Shown: piece after piece, positions 19,950 to 29,236 of the stretch
Layout of the letters: the number at the start of each line of letters is the position of its first letter
Position numbering within the stretch: the stretch's first letter is position 1
Translations under genes and position numbers: made by a program
Notes under the pieces: model-generated
What the model was told of the DNA's origin: nothing
Database searches by the model: none
The model's input: only the letters and a program-made list of their open reading frames with translations
Source: Spirochaetia bacterium
Lineage (GTDB): Bacteria; Spirochaetota; Spirochaetia; SZUA-6; Bin103
Length of the DNA stretch: 64,000 bases
NCBI GenBank assembly: GCA_965203905.1
Contig: CBDBDQ010000005.1
Span: 7,616,001-7,680,000 of the forward strand
Direction of reading: 5' to 3'

Positions 19950-20520
19950 CGTTCGCGACCTATTATGCGGAGTTCGATCTGGACCGCGCCAACGCGCTGC
20001 TGGACGAGCTCGGGCTGGAGTGGGACAGCAATGACGAGTGGCGGCTGCGCCCCGACGGTGAAACCGCTCCTCCTGGAGGGGCTTTGGGTCGCCGAGTGGC
20101 TCGGCCTCATGGAAGACCTGATGGACCTGGTGAAGGAGCATTGGGCGCGGGTCGGGATTCGCATGGAGCCGAAGTTCGTCCCGGAAGAGCTCGGTTTCCA
20201 GCGTGCCCAGGCCAACGAAATCGACCTGATGATCGGTGAAACTGCCACCGTGTCCGAGTTCCGCGCGCGCCGCTCCGAGCCGATCACCCTGGTGCCGCCC
20301 TGGCACTGGGCAACCTGCTGCGCCATGTCGTCGGTACCATGGCGGCAGTGGCTGGACAGCGATGGCGCCGAGGGCATGGAGCCGCCCCAGGACATCAAGG
20401 AGATCTGGGACATCGCGGAGGCCAGGCGGTTGGAGAGCGCGGCACCGAGCGCTACCAGGAGCTGAGCCACCAGTTGATCCGCCGCAACGTCGAAGGCCAG
20501 TACTGCGTCGGCTTCGTTAC
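19950..20520 (+). pseudogene. ABC peptide-type solute-binding protein, C-terminal fragment
   Basis: DLDRANALLDELGL…RLRPDG…LVKEHWARVGI…GMEPP with frameshifts. Confidence 0.7.
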
Positions 20521-20542
20521 ATACGCGTGAATTCGGGGGACG

Positions 20543-21154
20543 CTACCTGTCGGTCGAGTTGCGTGGCGGCAAGACCCAGTTCGCCTGCAACTCAAGGTCC
20601 GGCAACGCGGTGGGAGCCAGAGAGTCCCCCGGCAGAGAGCGGTGCACGATGCGGTAGCCCTTGGGACCAGGCTCGCGGTGGGACTCAATCTCGTCGTGCT
20701 GCAGATCGACGATCCACACCTCTCGGATACCGGATTCCGCGTACAGCGGCAGCTTGGGTTCGTGGTCGTACTTCAGCGAGGAGTCGGAGACTTCGATGAG
20801 GAGGAGTATGTCTTCCGGTTGAGGCGGCGCGAGGCGTAGCGGTCCTCCCGGTATGCCAGCAACATCACGTCAGGTTCCGGCTCCGAGATGTTGGAGGCGG
20901 CCATGGAATTCTGAACGTGTACCAGGGCACGTCCGGCCAAACGCTCGGTATTGAACGCTTCGTTCAACCGCAGAACGCAGGAACTGTGGCGAATACCGGC
21001 GGGCGACATGACGATGATCTCTCCTTCGATAAGCTCCAGACGCTCGTCCCGGACGCAGCACGCCCATCCTGCCCATGGCGTGGTAGTCCTCACGGGAGAA
21101 CAGCCTGCGCGCCCTTCCGGTAGCCGAAGCGACCTCGGTCCGCGTCGCGATCAT
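20543..21154 (-). pseudogene. Uma2 family endonuclease with two frameshifts
   Basis: RLFSREDYHAM / ELIEGEII…EPEPD / LLIEVSDSSL…YAESGIREVWIVDL. Confidence 0.85.
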
Positions 21155-21366
21155 TTCACTATCGTACCATGGTCTTTAGGCGGTCGCGAACAACGGCAAG
21201 CGTCGGGCACGGCCAAGCGGGAAGCGACCGTTACTGGTACGGGGCCGCGGCGTCGCGCAGGCCGTCGCCAAGGACTACGCACCAGCGCCGGCACCGTGAC
21301 CAGGCGTCGCGGGTGCGCATTCCGAAGCATCCGGGGTGAAGAAACTACAAACGTCGTTGGGCGGCT

Positions 21367-21396
21367 ACTCCCGCCAACTCCCGCCAACTCCCGCCA
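21367..21396. repeat. Tandem 10-mer x3 (ACTCCCGCCA)
   Basis: Read directly. Confidence 0.9.
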
Positions 21397-21492
21397 GCGG
21401 CCGGACACGATGCGACGACGATTGATCCCGGTCGCCTCGACGGCGTGCGACGCGCGATCGCAGGCTACGGTCAGTCGGCTTGCGGTGGCAAT

Positions 21493-21514
21493 TATGTCGA
21501 ATCTGACATATAAT
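21493..21514 (+). promoter_or_regulatory. TA-type operator palindrome overlapping a -10 box
   Basis: TATGTC-N6-GACATA followed by TATAAT (21509-21514). Confidence 0.6.
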
Positions 21515-21544
21515 TCGGACCTATGACGAAGTGAGGTGAGGCTG

Positions 21545-21895
21545 ATGAATGAAGCCAAGACCGGGAAGCTCGAAAAGGCCGGGTGGAAATTGGGAACTCC
21601 CAAGGAGTTCCTGGGGCTCACCGACGAAGAGGCCGCTCTGATAGAGATCAAGCTCGCCCTGGCCAGGGGAATCAAGGAGCGACGGCTCTCCCAGCGGCTC
21701 ACGCAGGCAGACCTCGCGAAGCAATTGAAATCGAGTCAATCGCGGATCGCCAAGATGGAAGCCACCGACGCGGCGGTGTCCATGGACTTCCTGGTCCGTT
21801 CGCTTCTCGTTCTCGGTGCGACGACTCAGGAAGTCGGACGGGTCATCGCAGGGAGTTCGGCAGTTCCGGTTGCCAGGATCACGTATGTCAGGTGA
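21545..21895 (+). CDS. XRE HTH antitoxin (HigA-like)
   Basis: GWKLGTPKEFLGL…LTQADLAKQLKSSQSRIAKME. Confidence 0.85.
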   Translation: MNEAKTGKLEKAGWKLGTPKEFLGLTDEEAALIEIKLALARGIKERRLSQRLTQADLAKQLKSSQSRIAKMEATDAAVSMDFLVRSLLVLGATTQEVGRVIAGSSAVPVARITYVR

Positions 21896-21899
21896 GGGC

Positions 21900-22261
21900 G
21901 CCGCCCAGCACGGCGACTTCGCCGCGGCGCGCGCGGTGGCGTTTGCCACGGAAGTCAGCGTATAGCGTGCATCGGCGTGCCCACCAGGCCGGCCAGCCCG
22001 TTGCGCAGTGGCTGGAATACGAGATTCCGTTGCGCCGCGTGCCGTTTTCGCACGGCGGCCACAACCGGGACTACAGCAACGCCCGCCACACCGTGTTCTC
22101 CGGCTACCGCAAGGCGCTCGCCTGGCTCGCCACCGGCCGGATCCCATTGGACGGCATGGTACGCCCCCGTCTCGCCGCGCGACGCGGCCGCCGTCTACCG
22201 CAGCCTGCAGCGCCGGGAGACCGAAGAGCTGTTCCTGATCTGGGACTGGACCGCGCTGTAG
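21900..22261 (+). pseudogene. Zinc-binding dehydrogenase C-terminal fragment
   Basis: ALAWLATGRIPLDGM…SPRDAAAVYRSL…IWDW with frameshift. Confidence 0.5.
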
Positions 22262-22266
22262 TTCCG

Positions 22267-23202
22267 CTATCGAACCGACCCTTCCACCTGGCCGCCGAGA
22301 TGACCCGTACCACCCCTGAGGCGCGGGTCCAGCAGGTCGCGCATGGCGTCGCCGAACATGTTGAGGCTGTACACGGTGAGCGTCAGGCAGAGACCGGGCC
22401 AGAGAGCAAGCCATGGCGCCATTTCCATGTACTGGCGCCCCTCCCTGCTGAGCATGCCTCCCCAGCTCGGAGTCTTCAATGGTAGACCGAACCCGAGGAA
22501 GCTCAGGGAAGCCTCAGAGATGATCACACCGCCGATGTTGATGCTGAATATGATGATTATGACTGGCGTAATATTGGGCAGGACATGACGCGTGAGTGTT
22601 CTCCATTTTGAGGAGCCAAGCGCCTCTGCGGCCTGAAAATAGATGTTTCCCTTGATGTCTATGACGGCGCCTCTCAACACTCTTGAGCCGCCGATGCCTC
22701 CTGCTATCCCGAGGACCATTATTATCTGTAGTATACCGCGCCCCACTAGAGACATTACGGTTAACAATATGAGCAGTCCCGGTAACGCCATCCAGGCATC
22801 GACAAATCTCTGCACAGCCAGGTCCAATTTACCGCCAAGGAATCCTGAAATGCCGCCTATCAGGACCGCCACCACGACATTAAGAGCGGTCGCAGACAGA
22901 CCGACTGCTAACGAAATACGAGCACCGTAGATAAGGCGACTCAAGAAGTCTCGCCCCAACTGGTCGGTCCCCAGCAGATACTTGGCTGATGAGCCCTGCA
23001 GCCTGTCTATCAAGTGTTGTTCCCAATATGGATATGGTGTTAGAACATCGGCAAAGATAGCTACCAGAGCCAATAGCAATATGATGATCCCGGCGCCAAT
23101 ACCCAGTGGCTTCTCGTTCCACATCCTGTTAAGGAAATTGGCCGGCAAGGAGCTTTTGTTTGGCTTATTTTGTACTGATGGTATCCCTATGGTGTTACTC
23201 AT
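22267..23202 (-). CDS. ABC peptide/nickel permease (DppC/OppC-like)
   Basis: LGTDQLGRD, EAA-like loop, HVLPN, SFLGFG, DLLDPR. Confidence 0.92.
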   Translation of the reverse strand: MSNTIGIPSVQNKPNKSSLPANFLNRMWNEKPLGIGAGIIILLLALVAIFADVLTPYPYWEQHLIDRLQGSSAKYLLGTDQLGRDFLSRLIYGARISLAVGLSATALNVVVAVLIGGISGFLGGKLDLAVQRFVDAWMALPGLLILLTVMSLVGRGILQIIMVLGIAGGIGGSRVLRGAVIDIKGNIYFQAAEALGSSKWRTLTRHVLPNITPVIIIIFSINIGGVIISEASLSFLGFGLPLKTPSWGGMLSREGRQYMEMAPWLALWPGLCLTLTVYSLNMFGDAMRDLLDPRLRGGTGHLGGQVEGSVR

Positions 23203-23212
23203 ACTCGCTCCT

Positions 23213-24172
23213 TCACTTATAGCGGACCCTGGGATCTATGAGAGGATACATCAGGTCTATCATTAGATTGATCCCGATAACCGCCGTGGCAAAAAACAGG
23301 TTTATTCCGGAGACCACCGGATAGTCTCTGTTATTGAGTGCCACCACCATGAGACGCCCTAACCCCGGCAAGTTGAAAATGTTCTCTATGATAACGGAGC
23401 CACCCACCAGGATAGGCAACGACATGCCGATCAGGGTAACTACCGGAATGAGGGCATTCTTGGTGGCGTGCCTCACAACCACTACCCTCTCACGGAGGCC
23501 CTTTGACCAGGCAGTCCTGATATAGTCCTGCCTGAGCACTTCAAGCATCATGGTGCGGGTCATCCGCATGGTGCTGGCGGACATGGCCGTCCCCAGAATC
23601 AGGCTGGGGATGATGAGCACCCCGAGATTTCCCAGCGGGTCTTCCGGGAAAGGTACCCACTCCATCGGGGGCGACCAGCCCCACCAGATTGCGGGGTAGA
23701 TCATGACCATGAGGGCGAGCCAGAAGTTGGGCGTTGCCAAGCCGAGAACGGCGGCGGTGCGTCCCAGGTAGTCAGCGGCTGTATCCTGTCGAATCGCCGA
23801 GTAGATGCCGACCGGCAGGGCTATCAGAAGCCCGATTACGATTGCCATGACACCAAGCTCGATGGTGACTGGCAGTCTGCCTATTATCCTCTCCTCTACC
23901 GTCCAACCGCCCCACAATGATTCGCCGAGGGTACCGTGCAGGAAGATATCTCCTAGCCAGCGTCCATACTGAACGTAGACAGGTACGTCTAAACCGAGCA
24001 GGCGCTCAATAGCTTCACGGTCTACATCTCCACCAGCGTCTAACTCCATTTTGTCCACCATTATGTCTATTACATCCCCGGGGATGAACCGGACCATGAA
24101 AAAGACTATGATGGTCAATATCCACAGTGTTGGGATTATCAGCAATAACCGCCTGATGCTATAGGCTCTCAT
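23213..24172 (-). CDS. ABC peptide/nickel permease (DppB/OppB-like)
   Basis: YSIRRLL, QDYIRTAWSKGL, IENIFNLPG, RDYP, DPRVRY. Confidence 0.92.
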   Translation of the reverse strand: MRAYSIRRLLLIIPTLWILTIIVFFMVRFIPGDVIDIMVDKMELDAGGDVDREAIERLLGLDVPVYVQYGRWLGDIFLHGTLGESLWGGWTVEERIIGRLPVTIELGVMAIVIGLLIALPVGIYSAIRQDTAADYLGRTAAVLGLATPNFWLALMVMIYPAIWWGWSPPMEWVPFPEDPLGNLGVLIIPSLILGTAMSASTMRMTRTMMLEVLRQDYIRTAWSKGLRERVVVVRHATKNALIPVVTLIGMSLPILVGGSVIIENIFNLPGLGRLMVVALNNRDYPVVSGINLFFATAVIGINLMIDLMYPLIDPRVRYK

Positions 24173-24278
24173 GGCACACTCATCACTGCTATTTCCCCGT
24201 CATTTCTTGGTCATTGAGGATTACGAGCCCGCCTTCGCGACCGTGACAATCTCGTCGCCCTGGGCGGGGGACGGGGCA

Positions 24279-24310
24279 GGGAACCGGGAGGCTTAAGCCG
24301 CCCGGCTCCC
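24279..24310 (-). terminator. Stem-loop between SBP and permease genes (partial terminator or mRNA stabiliser)
   Basis: GGGAGCCGGGCGGC-TTAA-GCCTCCCGGTTCCC on the minus strand. Confidence 0.55.
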
Positions 24311-24345
24311 CTTTTCCTTGAGGTAGCCACGAGCAATGAACTCCC

Positions 24346-26130
24346 CTAATAGCCCATTGCTTCCTTCAGCTCACTATCAATCCAGAGGCGGGCCGAGACG
24401 AAATTCGGGTTGCCAAGCGCGTTCAACTCACCGTTGTAACCCTTGATCCACGGCTGGAACGCTTCAAAAAATGGATTTATCGGACCCCATATGGCCCAGT
24501 GCCTCTCTACCGGGTACATATCTGCCAACTTCGCCCACCGCTGCTGCTCCTCGATAGTGGTAGCGGCTGCGGCGGCGGCGAACAGGGCGTCATAATCCGG
24601 ATCGTTCGCTGCGACACTATTGGCTGCCGCAGTCGTCAGGAAGCGGTCCGGAGCACTCAGCGGATTAGCCAAGCTCCCATAGGCCATTTCGTGTGACAGC
24701 ATTTCGAAATCATAGTCTCTTCTCTTAGAGGCAAATGGACCTATCGGCGTCATCTGGACATCGACATCAATCCCAACGTCACGCCAGTATCCAGCGAGTA
24801 GTTCATAGTAGCTAGGATCGTACCGGTCCAGGACGGTATATACGCTGCTGAATCTGATCCCGTCAGCGCCGCGAGGTAATCCGGCCTCATCAAGCAGCGC
24901 TTCTGCCGCTTCCGGAGCATAGTCATACGCCTTCTTGAGCTCGGCGGACCACTCTTCAAACGGGACGAAATAGCCGATGGCACCATCCCCTTGCTGCCCG
25001 TGAGGTGTGGTATCTCCATAGCCCTTAAAAAAGACATTGTTGATTGTCTCAAGGTCCAGTGCCATCTGCATCGCCCTGCGCACCCTGATATCGTTAAAGG
25101 GCACCTTGTTTATGTTAAGACCAGTAGCACCGGTCGACGCACCGAGGATCGTCCGCAGCTCGATTTCGGGGTTGGTCCTCTCGAGACTCTCTGCCTGGTC
25201 GACGGACCTGAGTACACTGGCATAACCGAGAAAATCCACCTTACCCGAGCGCAGTGCCGCTACCCGGGTTGCCTCTTCCGGCATAATCGGGGTCCTTACC
25301 TCGTCAACATAAGGTAGCCGGTTTTCCGGAAATTTTTCGTCGTAGCCCCAGTAGTTAGGATTCCTGGTATAGGTTGTAACGGTTCCCTCGACGTAGCTAG
25401 TCAGCTCAAAGGGTCCGGTGCCGACCAGGTTCCTCCAATCACTAACGTCTCCGTGTTCCTTGATTACCTCGGGGGGGTATATTTGCCCAGCAATGTCGAA
25501 GAGGATAGCCCCCAGCGCATCCAGCCTTGTCTCCGCCAGCTTGAAAACGACCGTCCATTTGTCGGTGGCCGTTATCGATTCCCATTTGAAGTTCTTCAAA
25601 ACCCAAGCAAAGGCGCTAGGTTCGCTGAAGCCGCTGCCCGTACCCGTTACGCGGTGAAAGCTATATTCGACATCGTAGGCATCGAGCTCCCGACCGTTCA
25701 TCGGTGCCTTATCGTGCCAGTGAACGCCCTGGCGGATTTTGACGATAACGGTGTTGATGTCGGGCTGCGACCAGCTTTCCACGAGCTCCCCTTTCAGGGC
25801 AGATACCGGAGGGCGCGTCTCAAAGCCAAATTCGCTCCTGTCTAATCCCCAGTCCCCGTTCGCTAGCTTCTCCAAAACACCAGTGGTGAACATCCCATAC
25901 CATCCCGAAAGCATGACGTCAGGATTCGGACCCTCTTCATTCCAGGGGAGGGTTATGGTCCCGCCATACTCCGGCGCGGTAACCATCTCGCCGGTGGTGG
26001 GGTCGGTCACCATTTCCTTGTCGACGGCGGCTGCTGGCTCCTCTTCTGCGCCAGCGGCCCAGAGGCCGGTTGCGGTCAGAACCAGGACCAACGCGACCGC
26101 GCAGGTCCTCGTAATGTGTACAATAAGCAT
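24346..26130 (-). CDS. ABC solute-binding protein family 5 (DppA/OppA-like)
   Basis: LVESW, IRQGVHWH, GTGPF, RNPNYW, DIRVRRAM, AEALLDEAG. Confidence 0.92.
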   Translation of the reverse strand: MLIVHITRTCAVALVLVLTATGLWAAGAEEEPAAAVDKEMVTDPTTGEMVTAPEYGGTITLPWNEEGPNPDVMLSGWYGMFTTGVLEKLANGDWGLDRSEFGFETRPPVSALKGELVESWSQPDINTVIVKIRQGVHWHDKAPMNGRELDAYDVEYSFHRVTGTGSGFSEPSAFAWVLKNFKWESITATDKWTVVFKLAETRLDALGAILFDIAGQIYPPEVIKEHGDVSDWRNLVGTGPFELTSYVEGTVTTYTRNPNYWGYDEKFPENRLPYVDEVRTPIMPEEATRVAALRSGKVDFLGYASVLRSVDQAESLERTNPEIELRTILGASTGATGLNINKVPFNDIRVRRAMQMALDLETINNVFFKGYGDTTPHGQQGDGAIGYFVPFEEWSAELKKAYDYAPEAAEALLDEAGLPRGADGIRFSSVYTVLDRYDPSYYELLAGYWRDVGIDVDVQMTPIGPFASKRRDYDFEMLSHEMAYGSLANPLSAPDRFLTTAAANSVAANDPDYDALFAAAAAATTIEEQQRWAKLADMYPVERHWAIWGPINPFFEAFQPWIKGYNGELNALGNPNFVSARLWIDSELKEAMGY

Positions 26131-26135
26131 ACGTA

Positions 26136-26663
26136 ACTCCGTATCTTGATTATTTTGAGTATTGCGAAGCGGATGACCGCTACCTGGCTACTCTGGCGCC
26201 CGCAACGCAGGCGGCCAGTCAGAGTCGAATGTGTAACGCGCGCGGCGTGTGACTCAGCGGGTTCACGCTGCGCGCGTGTGCGGTTCTTTGAGTATCATTA
26301 TGCACTCCCATTTCTGCAGATCTCGGCAGTTGACGCACAGTGGGGCCCTGTCATGGGTGCTTGCCGTGTTGTGGGCCCATTACAGGCACCGTCCGCTCGG
26401 CGGACGTCGGCACCTGCTTCACAACGCCACACTGGGTGGTGGTCCGCGAAGCAGCGTGTCTGAATGGCAGGCAACGCCGGGGATGTGGCCGGCACGGATC
26501 CGGGCGGTTGCGGTGGCCAGTGAACGAACGTGGGCTGAGCCGGCGCCACACGGAGCCGACCGCTACCCACGTGCTGACGGCAACGGCGCCCGCCACGGCG
26601 CGTACGCGGCGACCAGCCGGAGCGGTTAGGTGTTTCTCGGTTCGAAGCCCCGGCGGGGGGGAC
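26136..26663. repeat. Conserved non-coding element upstream of SBP operon 1 (blocks ~26136-26305 and ~26505-26663)
   Basis: Aligns with 60622-60811 and 60887-61037; contains conserved hairpins. Confidence 0.8.
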
Positions 26664-27180
26664 GTATCACCGGCCGCTTTGAAGCGATCCAGTGGCAGCC
26701 TCAGGGCACTGTCGTGACGCGTCGTCCGCATCCGTTCGAATCCCCGAACCACAACGTCGCACGTCGCGACATGGTTGTCAATCGCGCCGACAGCAGCAAC
26801 ACAGCAGCACAGCGTCGGGCAGGGCCAAGCGGAAGCAGGCCCACCCGATGAACGAGAGGGCCGCCTGTTGTCTGCTGAATTGAGATAGAGTAGCAGTAGC
26901 CAAGGATTACGCACCGGCGCCGGCCCCGTGATCGGGCGTCGCGGGGCCGGCCATCCGGGGTGCAGACAACCACCAACACCGACGAGGAGTATCCTCATGG
27001 GACTGAAGCAGTCCCGAAGGGGCTGGGGCGACGGATGTCGCTGGGCGGCTTCCGGGGCACGAAGCTCGCGTTGTTCTCCGAAGGGACGATTTACGATGTG
27101 TTCGGCAAGTTCTGGCAGACCGGCACCCTGGACAATTTCGACGCCCTGCCCGAGGAAGCGTTCCTGAAACGATCCCTGCA

Positions 27181-28270
27181 ATGAGCCGGCCGAATGTCCT
27201 CATCGTGCTCTGCGACCAGTTGCGTTTCGATGTGTTCGGTCACCGCGGGAACCGAGTGGTCGCAACCCCCAACATCGATCGCCTGGCGGCGCAAGGGGTT
27301 ACCTTCTCCCAGGCAACCTGCAGCAGTCCTCTTTGCGGACCGTCGCGGGCCGCTCTCCTTACCGGGACCCTCGGCAGCACCGGGAACTACACCTCTCGCA
27401 ATTGCGAGCCCGACAGCCGTGGGCCGTGGTTGCAGGAGCTGACTACCGCGGACGAGGCACTCGCAGATCGCGGATACCAGGTGCACTACCACGGCAAGTG
27501 GCACACCGGCCGGGAACACCGGGAATGTTATCGGGGAAACGACGATGTTTTCGGCCATGACCTGACCGAGTACCGGGAAGCGCTCAAGTCCGAGGGCCTC
27601 CTCCCGCACCGCGGGCCGGGCATGAAGACCGACCGGTACACCGGGGTCCCGTAAGGGCAATCCGTCCATACCGGAGCACATACCTGCAGATCAAAACGGC
27701 GTCGGCCAATTTGTGGCGCTCTACTACGCGCTGGTAAGCGAGGTGGACCACTGGATCGGGAGGCTGTTGGATACCCTCGACCGCACCGGGCTTGCGTCGA
27801 ACACGCTGCTCGTGTTCACCGCCGACCACGGCGAGCTGATGGGCGAGCACCGGACATTCTCGAAGTGCATGTTCTACGAGGGGTGCCTGCGGGTTCCCCT
27901 GCTCATGCGCCTGCCGGACGTGATCCCCGAAGGGATCGTCGCAGATGGCCCGGCCAGCGGAGTCGATCTGGCACCGACCATTCTCGATTTTGCGGGGGTA
28001 CCGCCCCTGGACCAGTTCCAGGGCCGGACGCTGCGTCCGGCGGCCAGCGGTGACCCTACCGACCGCGTCTATGCCGTGGCGGAACTGGACGAGGATCGGT
28101 GCGTACGCTCGAGGCACTGGAAATACTTCACGGTGGGTATGCGCGGCGCGCGCGACGAATACCTTTTCGACCTGCAGGCCGATCCCGGCGAAACGGTCAA
28201 TCTGGCGAGCTCCGGCGAGTCGGCCCCGGCAGTGCTGTCCCGGCTCCGCGAAATCGCGGCGGCGCGGTGA
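27181..28270 (+). pseudogene. Sulfatase, internally deleted and split (27181-27654 and ~27680-28270)
   Basis: PNVLIVLCDQLR, CGPSRAALLTG (CxPxR), GKWH; then YYALVSEVD, FTADHG, RVPL, LFDLQADPGE. Confidence 0.85.
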
Positions 28271-28285
28271 CCGCGCGGGCGGCCC

Positions 28286-29036
28286 CTACTGGTAGGGATC
28301 GGCGGCGTCGCGGAGCCCGTCGCCCAGGGAGTTGAAGCACAGCACCGCGCCCACCACGAACAGGGCGGGTATCAACAGCCACCAGTTCTGAGCCACCGTG
28401 CGTACGTTGGATGCCTGCTGCAGAGCGACGCCCCAGCTCACCACGGGGGGCCGCAAGCCGACGTTGAGAAAGCTGAGCGCGGTCTCCGCGAGAATCATCC
28501 GCGGCACGGCCAGCGTGAAGTGCACGATCAGGTAGCCGATGAAGTTGGGCAGCAGGTGGCGCACGATGATGCGCGCCGCGGTCGACCCGCTCACCGACGC
28601 CGCCATCACGTAGTCTTCCTCGCGCAGCTCCAGGACCTTGCCCCTGACCACCCGCGCCAGCTCGGTCCATCCCAGGATGGAAAGAATCACCGTGATCATG
28701 AAGTAAGTGCGGATCGCCGGCCAGTCAATGGGGATCGCAGCGGCAAGCGCCATCCACAGCGGGATGGTCGGCAGCGATATGAGAAACTCGATGAGTCGCT
28801 GGATAGCCGTGTCTATGCCGCCGCCGAACAATCCCGACACGCCGCCGAGGAAGCAGCCGAAGATAAAGCTGAGCACCACCCCCAGGAACCCGACCGAGAG
28901 CGATATGCGCGCACCGTACATGATGCGGGAGAACACGTCTCGCCCGAGTTGATCGGTCCCGAACAGGAATACGGTGCCGGGCTCGTCGACCCCGAACAGG
29001 TGCAGGTCGGTCCGAAACAGGCCGATGAAATCATAC
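28286..29036 (-). pseudogene. DppC-like permease, 5' part removed at the IS end
   Basis: FGTDQLGRD…HLLPN…GDGLRDAADP; homology starts at the TIR. Confidence 0.85.
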
Positions 29037-29059
29037 GGGTGCGGCTCTTTTGCGACGAC
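29037..29059. repeat. IS terminal inverted repeat
   Basis: GGGTGCGGCTCTTTTGCGACGAC. Confidence 0.9.
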
Positions 29060-29236
29060 GCGGGGGAGGGCATAGGCGTGGTGGGGAGAGCATGTACTAC
29101 TCATGGCTACGGCGGGGATTCCGCGTTGCGATGGGGGCTGCGGACGGCAAGTTAAGTCAGGAGCGTGACGGACGCAGATGAGCCGGTACGCAGGCGGCGG
29201 CTGGCGGGCGCGGGTGAGCGCTGGAAAGCTGGGGCG

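Noticed and set aside
18540-21100. Programmed frameshifting in the SIR2 or Uma2 genes
   Set aside because: Indels come with deletions and multiple hits, consistent with decay or local sequence error
26636-26750. tRNA-like GGTTCGAAG / GTTCGAATCC motifs
   Set aside because: T-stems do not pair and no cloverleaf can be built
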